Source of the DNA: Octopus sinensis
Taxonomy: Eukaryota
Reading direction: 5' to 3'
DNA: 21,733 nucleotides
Assembly (NCBI RefSeq): GCF_006345805.1
Contig: NW_021823734.1
Coordinates: 1 to 21,733 of the forward strand
The notes under the pieces are model-generated. The model was not told the DNA's origin. It worked only from the letters and a program-made list of their open reading frames with translations, and made no database searches. The translations under genes and the position numbers were made by a program. Of this stretch, positions 1 through 10,302 are shown piece after piece (position 1 is the first letter of the stretch; every line of letters begins with the position of its first letter).

Positions 1-134
1 ATATATAAATTAATATGTTCAATAAGAAAGAATTATTTTCGAAATTTTTTCTCTTATGAGGTCTTTCACGCTATCTACCTGATAATTTCTTGTTAAGTTT
101 TCCTTATTAAGAAGTTGTCCTTAATTGCTAAATC

Positions 135-135
<1 letters not shown>

Positions 136-200
<65 letters not shown>
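136..200. repeat. (TA)n microsatellite
   Basis: Near-pure TA dinucleotide run with a few CA interruptions. Confidence 0.95.
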
Positions 201-203
<3 letters not shown>

Positions 204-289
204 ATAATCATTTACAAAACAATTCTAAATTGCTTATAATCATGTTCATCATTTCCTTGATTGTCATCATTAACAAAGTAAATAACATC

Positions 290-442
290 ATCATTGTCAT
301 CATCATCTAACATCCCTGTTATTTTCTGGCATGGGCTGGACAGGAACCAAGGACTGCACTGTGCACAGATCCGTTCCATGAATCGATCTCACTATCTCGA
401 GAGTGTGAGCCTGACGATCTCACCACTGAGCCATGCACTTCC
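290..442 (-). mobile_element. Degenerate tRNA-derived SINE remnant: head joined to a (GAT)n-tailed 3' piece
   Basis: Minus strand from 442 reads GGAAGTGCATGGCTCAGTGG (A-box TGGCTCAGTGG) ... GAGATCGATTC (B-box-like, 380-390), then runs into a 3' segment ending in GATGATGAT-like repeats near 290-306. Confidence 0.6.
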
Positions 443-540
443 ACAGAACGGAAGGAGAAAGAAAGAGAAAATGAAAAGAAGGAACTACAAGAGATAGATG
501 ATAGTAACGAAGTGACTCCGTTGCCCCATGGGGTAAAATG

Positions 541-656
541 CAAAGCATTCGATACAGAGGCTGTAATTATGTGCCCCAAAAAGTTCGCTCGAGGTATGGC
601 TGTTATTTCTAGCATGTAGATAGCCTGGTTGAAAACCGTAGAATCGGGAGGTGAGG
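541..656 (-). repeat. Dispersed repeat fragment Y, copy 1
   Basis: Reverse complement (tcccgattctacgg...ctacatgctagaaataacagcc...tctgtatcgaatgc) aligns to 1971-2096 on the plus strand. Strand is given relative to that copy. Confidence 0.75.
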
Positions 657-780
657 TTTATTTTTTTTCTTTTCAATAAATGTCATTTTACAAACAATGA
701 CTTTTTTCAGAATCACTATCTCCAATCTTTTCTACGTATTTCACAAAAAAGTGGGAAGGGTGAGTTAAATCTGCGCCATA

Positions 781-819
781 TACATACACACATACATACA
801 CACATACATACATACATAC

Positions 820-893
<74 letters not shown>

Positions 894-934
894 AATATAT
901 TATATATATATATATAATTTATATATATATATAT

Positions 935-1006
<72 letters not shown>

Positions 1007-1011
1007 ATATT

Positions 1012-1090
<79 letters not shown>

Positions 1091-1097
1091 TATATAG

Positions 1098-1179
<82 letters not shown>

Positions 1180-1288
1180 GGTCCCGGGTTGATCCGGGGC
1201 TTCCTGAAGATTTCTCTTGAATGAAACAGTACTAGTCCTGTAGAAGCTCCTTCTATATAATAAATATATATATATATATATATTATAT

Positions 1289-1340
<52 letters not shown>

Positions 1341-1346
1341 TATATT

Positions 1347-1399
<53 letters not shown>

Positions 1400-1453
1400 A
1401 TATATTTTATATATATATATAATATTTATATATATATAATATATTTATATATT

Positions 1454-1515
<62 letters not shown>

Positions 1516-1572
1516 ATTTATATATATATTTATATATTATATATATTTATATATATATATATATATATATAG

Positions 1573-1618
<46 letters not shown>

Positions 1619-1637
1619 TTATATATATTTATATATA

Positions 1638-1689
<52 letters not shown>

Positions 1690-1720
1690 ATATATATACA
1701 TATACACACACACACTTATA
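781..1720. repeat. Long imperfect (TA)n tract interrupted by an 89-bp non-repetitive block
   Basis: About 940 bp of TA with TTA/TAA variants. Begins with (TACA)n, ends with (CA)n. Confidence 0.95.
1177..1265. other. Mini-insertion made of two pieces of the 8623-9623 block
   Basis: 1177-1199 is the exact reverse complement of 9601-9623. 1199-1265 is an exact forward copy of 9488-9554. The pieces share 1 G at the join. Confidence 0.9.
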
Positions 1721-1764
1721 CATTTATAGCCTTGATTGTCATCATCAACAGAGTAAATAACATC

Positions 1765-1940
1765 ATCATCATTGTCGCCATCACCTAACATCCATGTTCC
1801 TTTCTGGCTTGGACTGGACAGGATCCAAGGACTGCACTCCGCTCAAACGTCTGCTTTGGTCTCCTATTTCTGGTTAGATGCCTTTCCTAACATCAACCAA
1901 CTCACAGCATGGGCTCGGTGCTTTTATCATACTACCCGAC
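1765..1940 (-). mobile_element. SINE/retroposon 3' fragment with (GAT)n tail
   Basis: Plus strand starts catcatcatcatt..., then ggactgcac...gatgcctttcctaacatcaacca. Homologous to 255-360. Resembles an octopus retroposon tail from recall only. Confidence 0.5.
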
Positions 1941-1970
1941 TATTGAAGTTGCCATCTCAATCTGCTTCAA

Positions 1971-2096
1971 CCTCCACCCCTCCCGATTCTACGGGCTTCA
2001 AACAGGATATCTACATGCTAGAAAAAGCAGCCAAATCTCACACAAACTATTTTTGGCTCATACGTACACAATCTGTATCGAATGCCTATGGGTTAT
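1971..2096 (+). repeat. Dispersed repeat fragment Y, copy 2
   Basis: Aligns to the reverse complement of 541-656. Its ctacatgctagaaaaagcagccaaatctc core also resembles 10860-10890. Confidence 0.75.
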
Positions 2097-2309
2097 TTCT
2101 ACACAAATATGACCCTCGATTTTGCCTCCTTTTAACTGGAAGAAAGGTTCATATTTTTAGTAAAATTTTTGACATATTGTGTACATGCTGATTATATTGG
2201 AATTCTTTTAGAAAAAGTTTTATCCTAGAGGTGGGGAGAATTTCAAAAAATTCCAATATCGGCATTTTTTGGACTAAGAAAGCTTTGATGAAGTAATGAA
2301 AGAAATATG

Positions 2310-5300
2310 CAATCAATCTACTAAGTCCTCTGAATGTCCTGAAAGAAGGACTGCGCTTGTTGCGAAGGAGCTTCAACGCTATGATCTTGACATTGTTGCT
2401 TTATCTGAGACAAAAACTTTCTTTCTACCATGCTTTGAAGGGCATTATAAGAAATATCCCTCGGCAGACAAAGTCATCGTACTGGGTGACTTTAATGCTA
2501 GAGTGGGTAGGGATTTTAACACATGGACTGTAATTGGAAAGCATGGGGTGGGGAAGTGTAATAGTAATGACATGCTTTTGCTGCACATGTGTGAAGAGCT
2601 GAGTCTGTGTGTTACCAATACCATGTTTCAACCAAAGAATAAGCTTAAGACTACATGGATGCACCCTGCATCTAAAGAATGGCATATTCTGGATTACATC
2701 CTAGTTAGGGTGCGTGACAGACAGGATGTGCAGTGTGATCGTGTTCTTCGTGGAGCTGAGTGTTGGACTGACCACCGCCTAGTACGTGCAACAGTAAAAG
2801 ACTGAATGTTGGTATAATAGTGTGAAGAGAACTTTACGAGAGGAAATGAATGCTGCAGATATTGGGGAAGATTGGCCGAACCTCAAAAAGTCAGTTTATG
2901 ATATAGGCAGGAAAGTTCTGGGATTGATACAAAGAAAGCATCAAGATTGGTTTAAAGAAAATGATGAACATATAGATGATTTATTGGCTGATAAAAGGCG
3001 TACTTTGTCACGCTATTTGTCAGCAAAGTCACAGGAAAGGGAAGTGTTGCATAGGGAACTCAAGGACGTAAAATCACGTGTGAGGCAAAGGCTCTCTCAG
3101 ATGAGGGATACGTGTTGGAGTAAGAAGGCTGACGAGATACAGGCGGCATCAGATTCCAATAACACAAAGCTGTTGTATGGTCTCTTGCGAGAAGTTTATG
3201 GGCCGACATCTTCCCTGATGACACCAATTCGAAGCAGGGATGGTAAAGAAGTTCTTCATGATTCACAAGGAATTCTGTGAAGGTGGCAAGAACACTTTGA
3301 TGAACTTTTGAATCAACAGTCTGTAGTTAGTGAGGATGTTCTCAATCTCATCCCTGGATTGCCTGTGAAGGCAGCACTCGCAGAACCACGAAAGTTGGAA
3401 GACGTTGCAATGGCTGTCTCAAGGTTGAATAATGGGAAGTCTCCGGGTATGGATGGCATACATGCGGAGTTGTTACAGTATGGTGATGAGAAACTTCTGC
3501 AGAAACTTCACTCTTTGTTTGGTAAGATATGGACTAGTGAATCTGTACGAGGACTGGAGAGATACAGTAATGGTGGAAGGGGAAGGGCAGCAGGAATGAT
3601 TGTGGTAATTATAGGAGAGTATCATTGCTGTCTGTTGTAGGAAAGGTTTTATGCATGGTACTTCTGGATCGTCTGCTGAAATCCGTTGCAGACTGTGTTC
3701 TTCAAGAAAGTCAATCTGGCTTTCGTGTGGGATGTGGCACTGCTGATATAATCTTTTCAGCTAGACAGCTTCAGGAGAAGTGTGGAACAGGGTCTGGATT
3801 TGTATCAGGTTTTTGTAGATCTGACAAAAGCCTTTGATACCGTCAATAGAAAAGCATTGTGGAAAGTCCTCCAGAAACGTGGGTGTCCTGAAAAGTTCCT
3901 TGCTTTGGTTAGGTCTTTTCATGAAGACATGAATGGTAGGGTGAATGTTAGAGGGAAAATGTCGGAGCCCATTGCAATACAAAATGGAAATAGGGGGATA
4001 TCCTGGCACCGACCCTATTTGCCATATATCTTGCGATGGTGTTCTGTATTGCATTCAGAAACTGCAGATACGGTGTTTACATCCATTATCGAACCTCTGG
4101 CAGCATATTTAATATCAGGCACTTTGCTGCGAAAACAAATGCATTTACCTCTATCATGAGAGACCTTTTGTATGCAGATGATTGTGATCTAGTAGCACAC
4201 ACAGAGATTGGTATGCAACACATTTTTAATGCATTCTCTGATGCTTGCACTGCCTTAGGATTGACAGTGAATCTCAAGAAAACTGTTGTCATGCATCAAT
4301 CTGCCCCTGGTAAGCAGTATAGTGTACCAAATATCTATGTGTATCTTAAACGACTTGATGTAGTTGATCAGTTTGTCTACTTGGGAAGCACTATTAATAG
4401 ATATAGCAATTTGGATGATGAAATTCCACATAGAATTAGGAAAGCAAGTGTTGCTTTCGGAAGGGTAGAAAAGCGCCTCTGGAGTCGGCGAGACATATGC
4501 AGAAAGACAAAGATAAAGGTGTACAAGGCATGTGTGCTCCCTTCTCTTCTCTATGCCTGCGAGACGTGAGTCACATATCGATACCACTTTAAACAACTGG
4601 AACGTTTCCATCAGATGTGTCTTAGACGGATCTATGGCATTAAGTGGAAGGACCGCATCAGTGATCTTGAAATATTGGAAGGCTCTCGGTGTGAAAGTGT
4701 AGAAGAGCTCTTGTGTTAAAGCGAAGGCTCAGATGGAGTGGTCATCTGGTCAGGATGAAGGATTCAAGGATGCCAAAACAGCTCTTTCATGGAGAGTTAG
4801 CTAAAGGAGAACAACCTCCACATAAACCAAAAGAGAGGTATAAGGACTTGCTGAAGGCTTCCTTAAAAGATGCTTGCATCTCTCCTGACACATGGGAAGG
4901 CATAGTTATTGATCGTAGCTGGGGGAGAAGGATTGTGTACGAGGGGACAGCCACTTTTGAGAAATCTCGAGTGGCACATAAGAAAGTAAGGAGGGATGTC
5001 AGGAAGCGCATCGCTGATACACTTCCAGATGGGAAGGGTCTTCCTATGATGCTGACATGCAGTGTCTGTGCAAGACCCTGCCTCAGAAAAGCTGGACTCA
5101 AGAGTCATCTTCGTAGTCATAAAGCGAGAAAGATGAGTGACAACCTGGCCACTGGTGGTGGTGTAACACACCATACAAATAATATCTGCCGGGCATGCAA
5201 AAGAGAGTGTAATTCGGCAGGAGGACTTAAAAAACATGCACAGGTACATGAAGCCCAGTTACAACTACAGCCGGCTATTACCGGTAAAGGTTTTAGTTGC

Positions 5301-5353
5301 CAATTCTGTACAAGACTGGGCTAAAAAGTCACATTCGATCACACCGCCAGTAA
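2310..5353 (+). mobile_element. Degraded RTE-clade (RTE/BovB-like) non-LTR retrotransposon: APE endonuclease, reverse transcriptase and C-terminal zinc fingers, broken by stops, frameshifts and deletions
   Basis: APE motifs: PERRTALVAKEL..YDLDIVALSET, VLGDFNARVG, NTMF..K.K.TWMHP.SK.WH.LDYIL, TDHRLV. RT motifs: KSPGMDGIHAE, QESQSGFR, QLQEKC, FVDLTKAFDTVNR, LLYADD, YLGSTI, LLYACET. RTE-typical RRLRWSGHLVRM.D.RMPKQLFHGEL follows. Spread over at least 7 ORF fragments; EN domain internally deleted near 2417. Confidence 0.93.
5058..5353 (+). other. Three C2H2 zinc-finger motifs at the RTE ORF C-terminus (third is frameshifted)
   Basis: F1 5058-5120 CSVCARPCLRKAGLKSHLRSH. F2 5187-5249 CRACKRECNSAGGLKKHAQVH. 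F3 5298-5344 CQFCTR/shift/GLKSHIRSH, then RQ and a stop at 5351-5353. Confidence 0.8.
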
Positions 5354-5605
5354 CAGTTAAGCTTGAAATATGTTACAAAAGGAAAATATAAAATACACGT
5401 GAAAATTTAAGGGGAGAATAAAAAGAAATCAACGAAAATGCACATTGTAAATAAAAAAGAAAAAGCTTTTTATGAAAGGTAACGACAGATATATACTTTT
5501 AGATAGGATGAGGTAGTAATAAAAGTCATTATTACGAGATGATTAAAAAGTCAGAAAGCAAAGCATACCATGGTTTCGTCATAAGCTATTCGTTCCCCCG
5601 CCCTG

Positions 5606-5643
5606 TATATATATATATACATATATATATATATGTATATATA

Positions 5644-5717
<74 letters not shown>

Positions 5718-5765
5718 CATGTATATAACTACGTATATTATATGCATATATATATATATGCATAC
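5606..5765. repeat. (TA)n microsatellite
   Basis: Imperfect TA run. Confidence 0.95.
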
Positions 5766-5929
5766 ATATGCAGTCAGATCTAGTCAAGTAATTTGCCTCA
5801 TTTGTTTGTTAAATCTAGTTGGAACCGATAGATAAGAGAAAATCATTTGGTCATTATATTTGATTGACTGTAGTTGTTGATTTTTTCGTAGAAGCTATTG
5901 GCTTGAAGCAGGGTTAGGTGTTTATGTAG

Positions 5930-6128
5930 TTTTCTGATGGTAGTAGGGACAAACAAAGGCACACAATCGTACACATATATACACTTCTGTACGACGGGCT
6001 TTTTTCAGTTTCCGATACGAAATCGAATCATAAGGATTTAGTCGACCCGGGACGATAGAAGAAAACACTTGTCTAAGCTGCCACGCGGTGGGACTGCACC
6101 AGGAACCGTGTGGTTGGTAAGCAGGCAA
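5930..6128 (-). mobile_element. Diverged partial tRNA-derived SINE, same family as 6920-7350
   Basis: Reverse complement reads gcttaccaaccacacggttcctggtgcagtcccaccgcgtggcagcttagacaagtg...ggaaactgaaaaaagcccgtcgta and aligns to 6949-7085. Confidence 0.8.
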
Positions 6129-6148
6129 CCCCCCATTGAGATATATTT

Positions 6149-6188
<40 letters not shown>

Positions 6189-6193
6189 TGATA

Positions 6194-6337
6194 GGCGTAG
6201 GAATGGCTGTGTGATAAGTAGCTTCCCTACGAAACGCAGTGTTCTTGGTTCAGTCCCACTGCATGGTATCTTGGGCTAGTGTCTTCTACTATAGACTCGT
6301 GCCGACCAATCCTTGTGAGTGGAATTGATAGGCGGAG

Positions 6338-6374
<37 letters not shown>

Positions 6375-6605
6375 AAACATATATATATATACATATATGT
6401 GTGGGGGGGGGCTATGTATATATATATATACATACACGTTTGTATGTCTGTTTATCCCTCCAACACCGCTTGACAACCAGTGCTGGTGTGTTCATGTCCC
6501 CGTAACTTAGCGTTTCGTCATAAGAGAAAATAGATTAAATACTAGGCCTACAAAAAATAAGTATTGGGTTCGAATTTCGCGAATAAAGGCGCTGCTGCGG
6601 CATGG
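6194..6605 (+). mobile_element. tRNA-derived SINE, diverged and 3'-truncated at GCATGG, with internal microsatellite
   Basis: GGCGTAGGAATGGCTGTGTG head and GGTTCAGTCCC B-box-like motif. Colinear with 6920-7312. Confidence 0.85.
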
Positions 6606-6606
6606 A

Positions 6607-6674
<68 letters not shown>

Positions 6675-6919
6675 CCTTCGTGAGCTGTCTAGAGTAAACA
6701 TTATCTGAGAGAAATTTTCTTTAAGTAGTAGAAATGGCTAAAAAAATTTTTTTTGGCTGCTATTTCTACTAAGTCCAGTATGTGGCAAAGTAATTTATTT
6801 TACTAAGCCCTAATTATATAATGTAATATTTTGAATTCGCCTTAAATGGTCCTTTTACTTACTGAACACTTGGTGAAATTGATTAATTAATTTTACCCTC
6901 AATTGTTGATATATATATA

Positions 6920-7350
6920 GGCGCAGGAGTGGCTGTGTGGTAAGTAGCTTGCTAACCAACCACATGGTTCTGGGTTCAATCCCACTGCGTGGCATCTTGG
7001 GCAAGTGTCTTCTGCTATAGCCCCGGGCCGACCAATGCCTTGTGAGTGGATTTGGTAGACGGAAACTGAAAGAAGCCTGTCGTATATATATATATATATA
7101 TATAATATATATATATATATAAATGTATGTGTGTGTGTGTGTTTGTGTGTCTGTGTTTGTCCCCTAGCATTGCTTGACAACCGATGCTGGTATGTGTTTA
7201 CGTCCCCGTCACATAGCGGTTCGGCAAAAGAGACCGATATAATAAGTACTGGGCTTACAAAAAATAAGTCTCGGGGTCGATTTGCTCGAATAAAGGCGGT
7301 GCTCCAGCATGGCCGCAGTCAAATGACTGAAACAAGTAAAAGAGAGAGTA
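6920..7350 (+). mobile_element. Full-length tRNA-derived SINE with internal (TA)n(TG)n
   Basis: A-box-like TGGCTGTGTGG 6930-6940, B-box GGTTCAATCCC 6973-6983, 3' end ...gactgaaacaagtaaaagagagagta. Matches a highly abundant octopus SINE from recall. Confidence 0.88.
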
Positions 7351-7400
<50 letters not shown>

Positions 7401-7402
<2 letters not shown>

Positions 7403-7516
7403 CCGATAGTTTAAATACTAGGCCTACAAAGTATAAGTCCTGGTGTCGATTTGCACGAATAAAGGCATTGCTCCACCATGGCCGCAGTCAAATGATTGAA
7501 AAATTAAGTGTATAAA
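7401..7516 (+). mobile_element. SINE 3'-end fragment, U1 copy
   Basis: ccgatag...aaatactaggcctacaaag...ccatggccgcagtcaaatgattgaaa aligns to 7233-7340. Confidence 0.8.
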
Positions 7517-7895
7517 ACAGAAAATAACCAGAAAAGTTTATATTCTCTTAACTACATAATTAAGGGAGATAACTGAAAATCAACTTTTAGAATTACTTCC
7601 CTTCAAATATTAATAGAAGACATGACAGTTTAACATGTAGGCGCGTTTGTTTTTGATGCGAAGGGCACGCTTGCATTCCTGCAAGAAGAGACAAACATAC
7701 ACGTGCAAATTTTCTGCTGTTCACTTTAACAAATAAACATTATAATTTACATTTAATTACACCCGAAAACTATGTAAAGTACTCACCCTATCCAGTACTA
7801 CCCTTTGGACATGATCGGGTTTTCTTTTGTTTTAGATAGTATATATGCGTATGTGGGTATAGACACGTCTATATGTATGAATGCATGCATTTATG

Positions 7896-7945
<50 letters not shown>

Positions 7946-7949
7946 AAAC

Positions 7950-8395
7950 AAATCGCTTGCCGTGAATTACCGTCGAATCTCACTCACCTCTCATATCATT
8001 AAGGTATTTGAGAGAGTGCTGAGATCGCGTATGACTCACTTCCTTGAGAGTCATATGCTGAACTCCAAACAGCATGGATTCCGTAATGGAAGAGATTGCC
8101 TGACGCAGCTACTGCATCATTTTGATGTCATTTTGAGAGCCTTGGGAGAGGGCTCCAACACTGATGTCATCTTCCTTGATTTCAGCAAGGCCTTTGACAG
8201 GGTTGATCATAAGATCCTTTTGAGAAAGCTGTCCAATATTGGTGTCACTGGAAAGCTGCTGCAGTGGATCAAGTGCTTCCTGTCTAACAGAACCCAACAT
8301 GTTGTAGTCGAAGGAGGCAAATCCAGCCCAGCCAAAGTCAGCAGTGGTGTCCCACAAGGCACTGTGTTGGACCCACTTCTCTTCATCATCTACAT
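7950..8395 (+). mobile_element. CR1-group LINE RT fragment in U1, 5'-truncated and 3'-deleted
   Basis: [47 protein letters not shown]. Ends abruptly at catctacat, fused to (AT)n. Confidence 0.9.
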
Positions 8396-8429
<34 letters not shown>

Positions 8430-8622
8430 ATATATGTATGTATATATGTATTTATGTATATATGTAAGTATGTATATATATATATCTATATATACATGCA
8501 TATATCTATATATATATACATGCATATAACTATATATATATACATACATACATACATGTATATATTTATGTATATATACATGTATGTATGCACATATATA
8601 TATATATATATACATGTATATA
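8396..8622. repeat. Compound TA/TATG/CATA microsatellite (U1)
   Basis: Same patterned tract as 14813-15270, 16395-16820 and 20462-20830. Confidence 0.9.
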
Positions 8623-9144
8623 GAAGGAGCTTCTACAGGACTAGTACTGTTTCATTCAAGAGAAATCTTCAGGAAGCTATTTAACAAGAATTGTATTAGC
8701 ATTTATACATTTAGGCAGGTTTAAAGGAGAGGTGGTGGGGGACTTTTTTGGGGGTAGGCATAGCGCAAAATATCATACTTGGGGGAGTGGTCAAGGAGTC
8801 AGTGGTAAGTTAGATGAAAGAATAGATAAATAAAAAAATAAAAAATAAAAAATAAAAAAATAAAAAAATAAAAAAATAGAATGTATGTAGATGTTTGTAT
8901 GTATGAATATAACGCGTGCGTACGTGTATGTGTATGAGTGTACGAATGGGTGTATGTACGTGCTAATGAGTGTGCGTGCGGGAACGAGTACTTGCCTTCT
9001 ATAGACAGACAATTTGGACATGCTGCCATCGCCAGGATCCTGCTCTAGCGATCAAAGATAACAAAAGTAATATGAAGATAATAAAATTAAATTAGGGATG
9101 GGCCTGTATTGGATGTGTATATATATATATATATATATATGTGT

Positions 9145-9189
<45 letters not shown>

Positions 9190-9548
9190 ATGTGTGTATG
9201 TGTAGGAATGTATAGGCACACATGTGTACGTATGTGTGTGTGTATGTATATGTGTTTATGTATGTATGTGCACACATTTTATTTTTTTATTTTTTATTTT
9301 TTTATTTTTTTATTTTTTATTTTTTATTTTTTTATTTATCTATTCTTTCATCTAACTTACCACTGACTCCTTGACCACTCCCCCAAGTATGATATTTTGC
9401 GCTATGCCTACCCCCAAAAAAGTCCCCCACCACCTCTCCTTTAAACCTGCCTAAATGTATAAATGCTAATACAATTCTTGTTAAATAGCTTCCTGAAGAT
9501 TTCTCTTGAATGAAACAGTACTAGTCCTGTAGAAGCTCCTTCTATATA
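8617..9548. repeat. Perfect 259-bp inverted repeat (arms 8617-8875 and 9290-9548, 414-bp spacer)
   Basis: Checked base by base in 10-mers with no mismatch; paired coordinates sum to 18165 at both ends. Confidence 0.95.
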
Positions 9549-10302
9549 ATAAATTAATTTTACTCTGCTATGTATTGAGTACCTTACTTACTGTGGTTAA
9601 CCCCGGATCAACCCGGGACCTACATATATACATGTATATATATATTTGTATGTATGAGTATGAGCGTATGTATCAGTATGTATGAGAAGGAGAAATTTTT
9701 TTACAAGAATATTGTTTACTTTAATATTTGTGTCTTTGTGAAATAGATGTTGGTTGGATTATGTTCTTCATTATCTTTGTATTAATGGCGGTGGAGAAGG
9801 ATGGCGTTCCAGTGTCTTTTATTTATTTGAACTCATAAAATTATGTGTAATTAAAATTACTTCATCAGTAAATGAAGGATTTAAAAATATCCATCCTCCC
9901 CCCCATCCCCATCCACTCTAACACTCCAATATAAATATGTTTAATAGGTAATTCCAGCCTGAAGAATTCAATGTTATATAATAATGATAAGTCATTAAAG
10001 GCATCATTATGAAAACATATTCAAAATTTGGTTATTAATAACCAAATAGTAGAAACCGATTGACAAGATGAGACATTTCAAATAGATTTTTTTATAATGA
10101 ACTGCTGTCAAATGAAAATAAAGGAAATGTTAACACAGGAGATAATGACTGCGAACGATCTGCTAATTAAAGTGCAATTAGCAACATGGGTGATGGTTTA
10201 ATTAGCAACACTCACTGGTACAGAAAAACAGGGATTACCTCCCCTTGCCTTTCAACTCCATCCAAGCATGTTCCATGCATTAAATACCTGCCAGTTGTTA
10301 CT

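Noticed and set aside
372-442. Possible tRNA gene
   Set aside because: A and B boxes are present but I cannot fold a cloverleaf; it fits a decayed SINE head.
2425-5249. Minus-strand ORFs of 68-128 aa over the RTE
   Set aside because: Antisense shadows of the LINE coding sequence with no recognisable motifs.
7780-7830. Strong minus-strand donor (GGATAGG|GTGAGT) and plus-strand acceptor-like tract in the unit's unique DNA
   Set aside because: No convincing partner splice site or recognisable peptide; isolated splice-like motifs are common.
9781-9819. Minus-strand peptide KDTGTPSFSTA, faintly like the cadherin A.D.G.P.LS motif
   Set aside because: No in-frame DxNDN/LDRE motifs, stops nearby and no splice support. 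Chance resemblance.
10169-10210. TGCTAATT/AATTAGCA 8-bp inverted repeat and repeated AATTAGCAACA as a homeodomain-site cluster
   Set aside because: Short AT-rich motifs are expected by chance in this composition, with no independent support.
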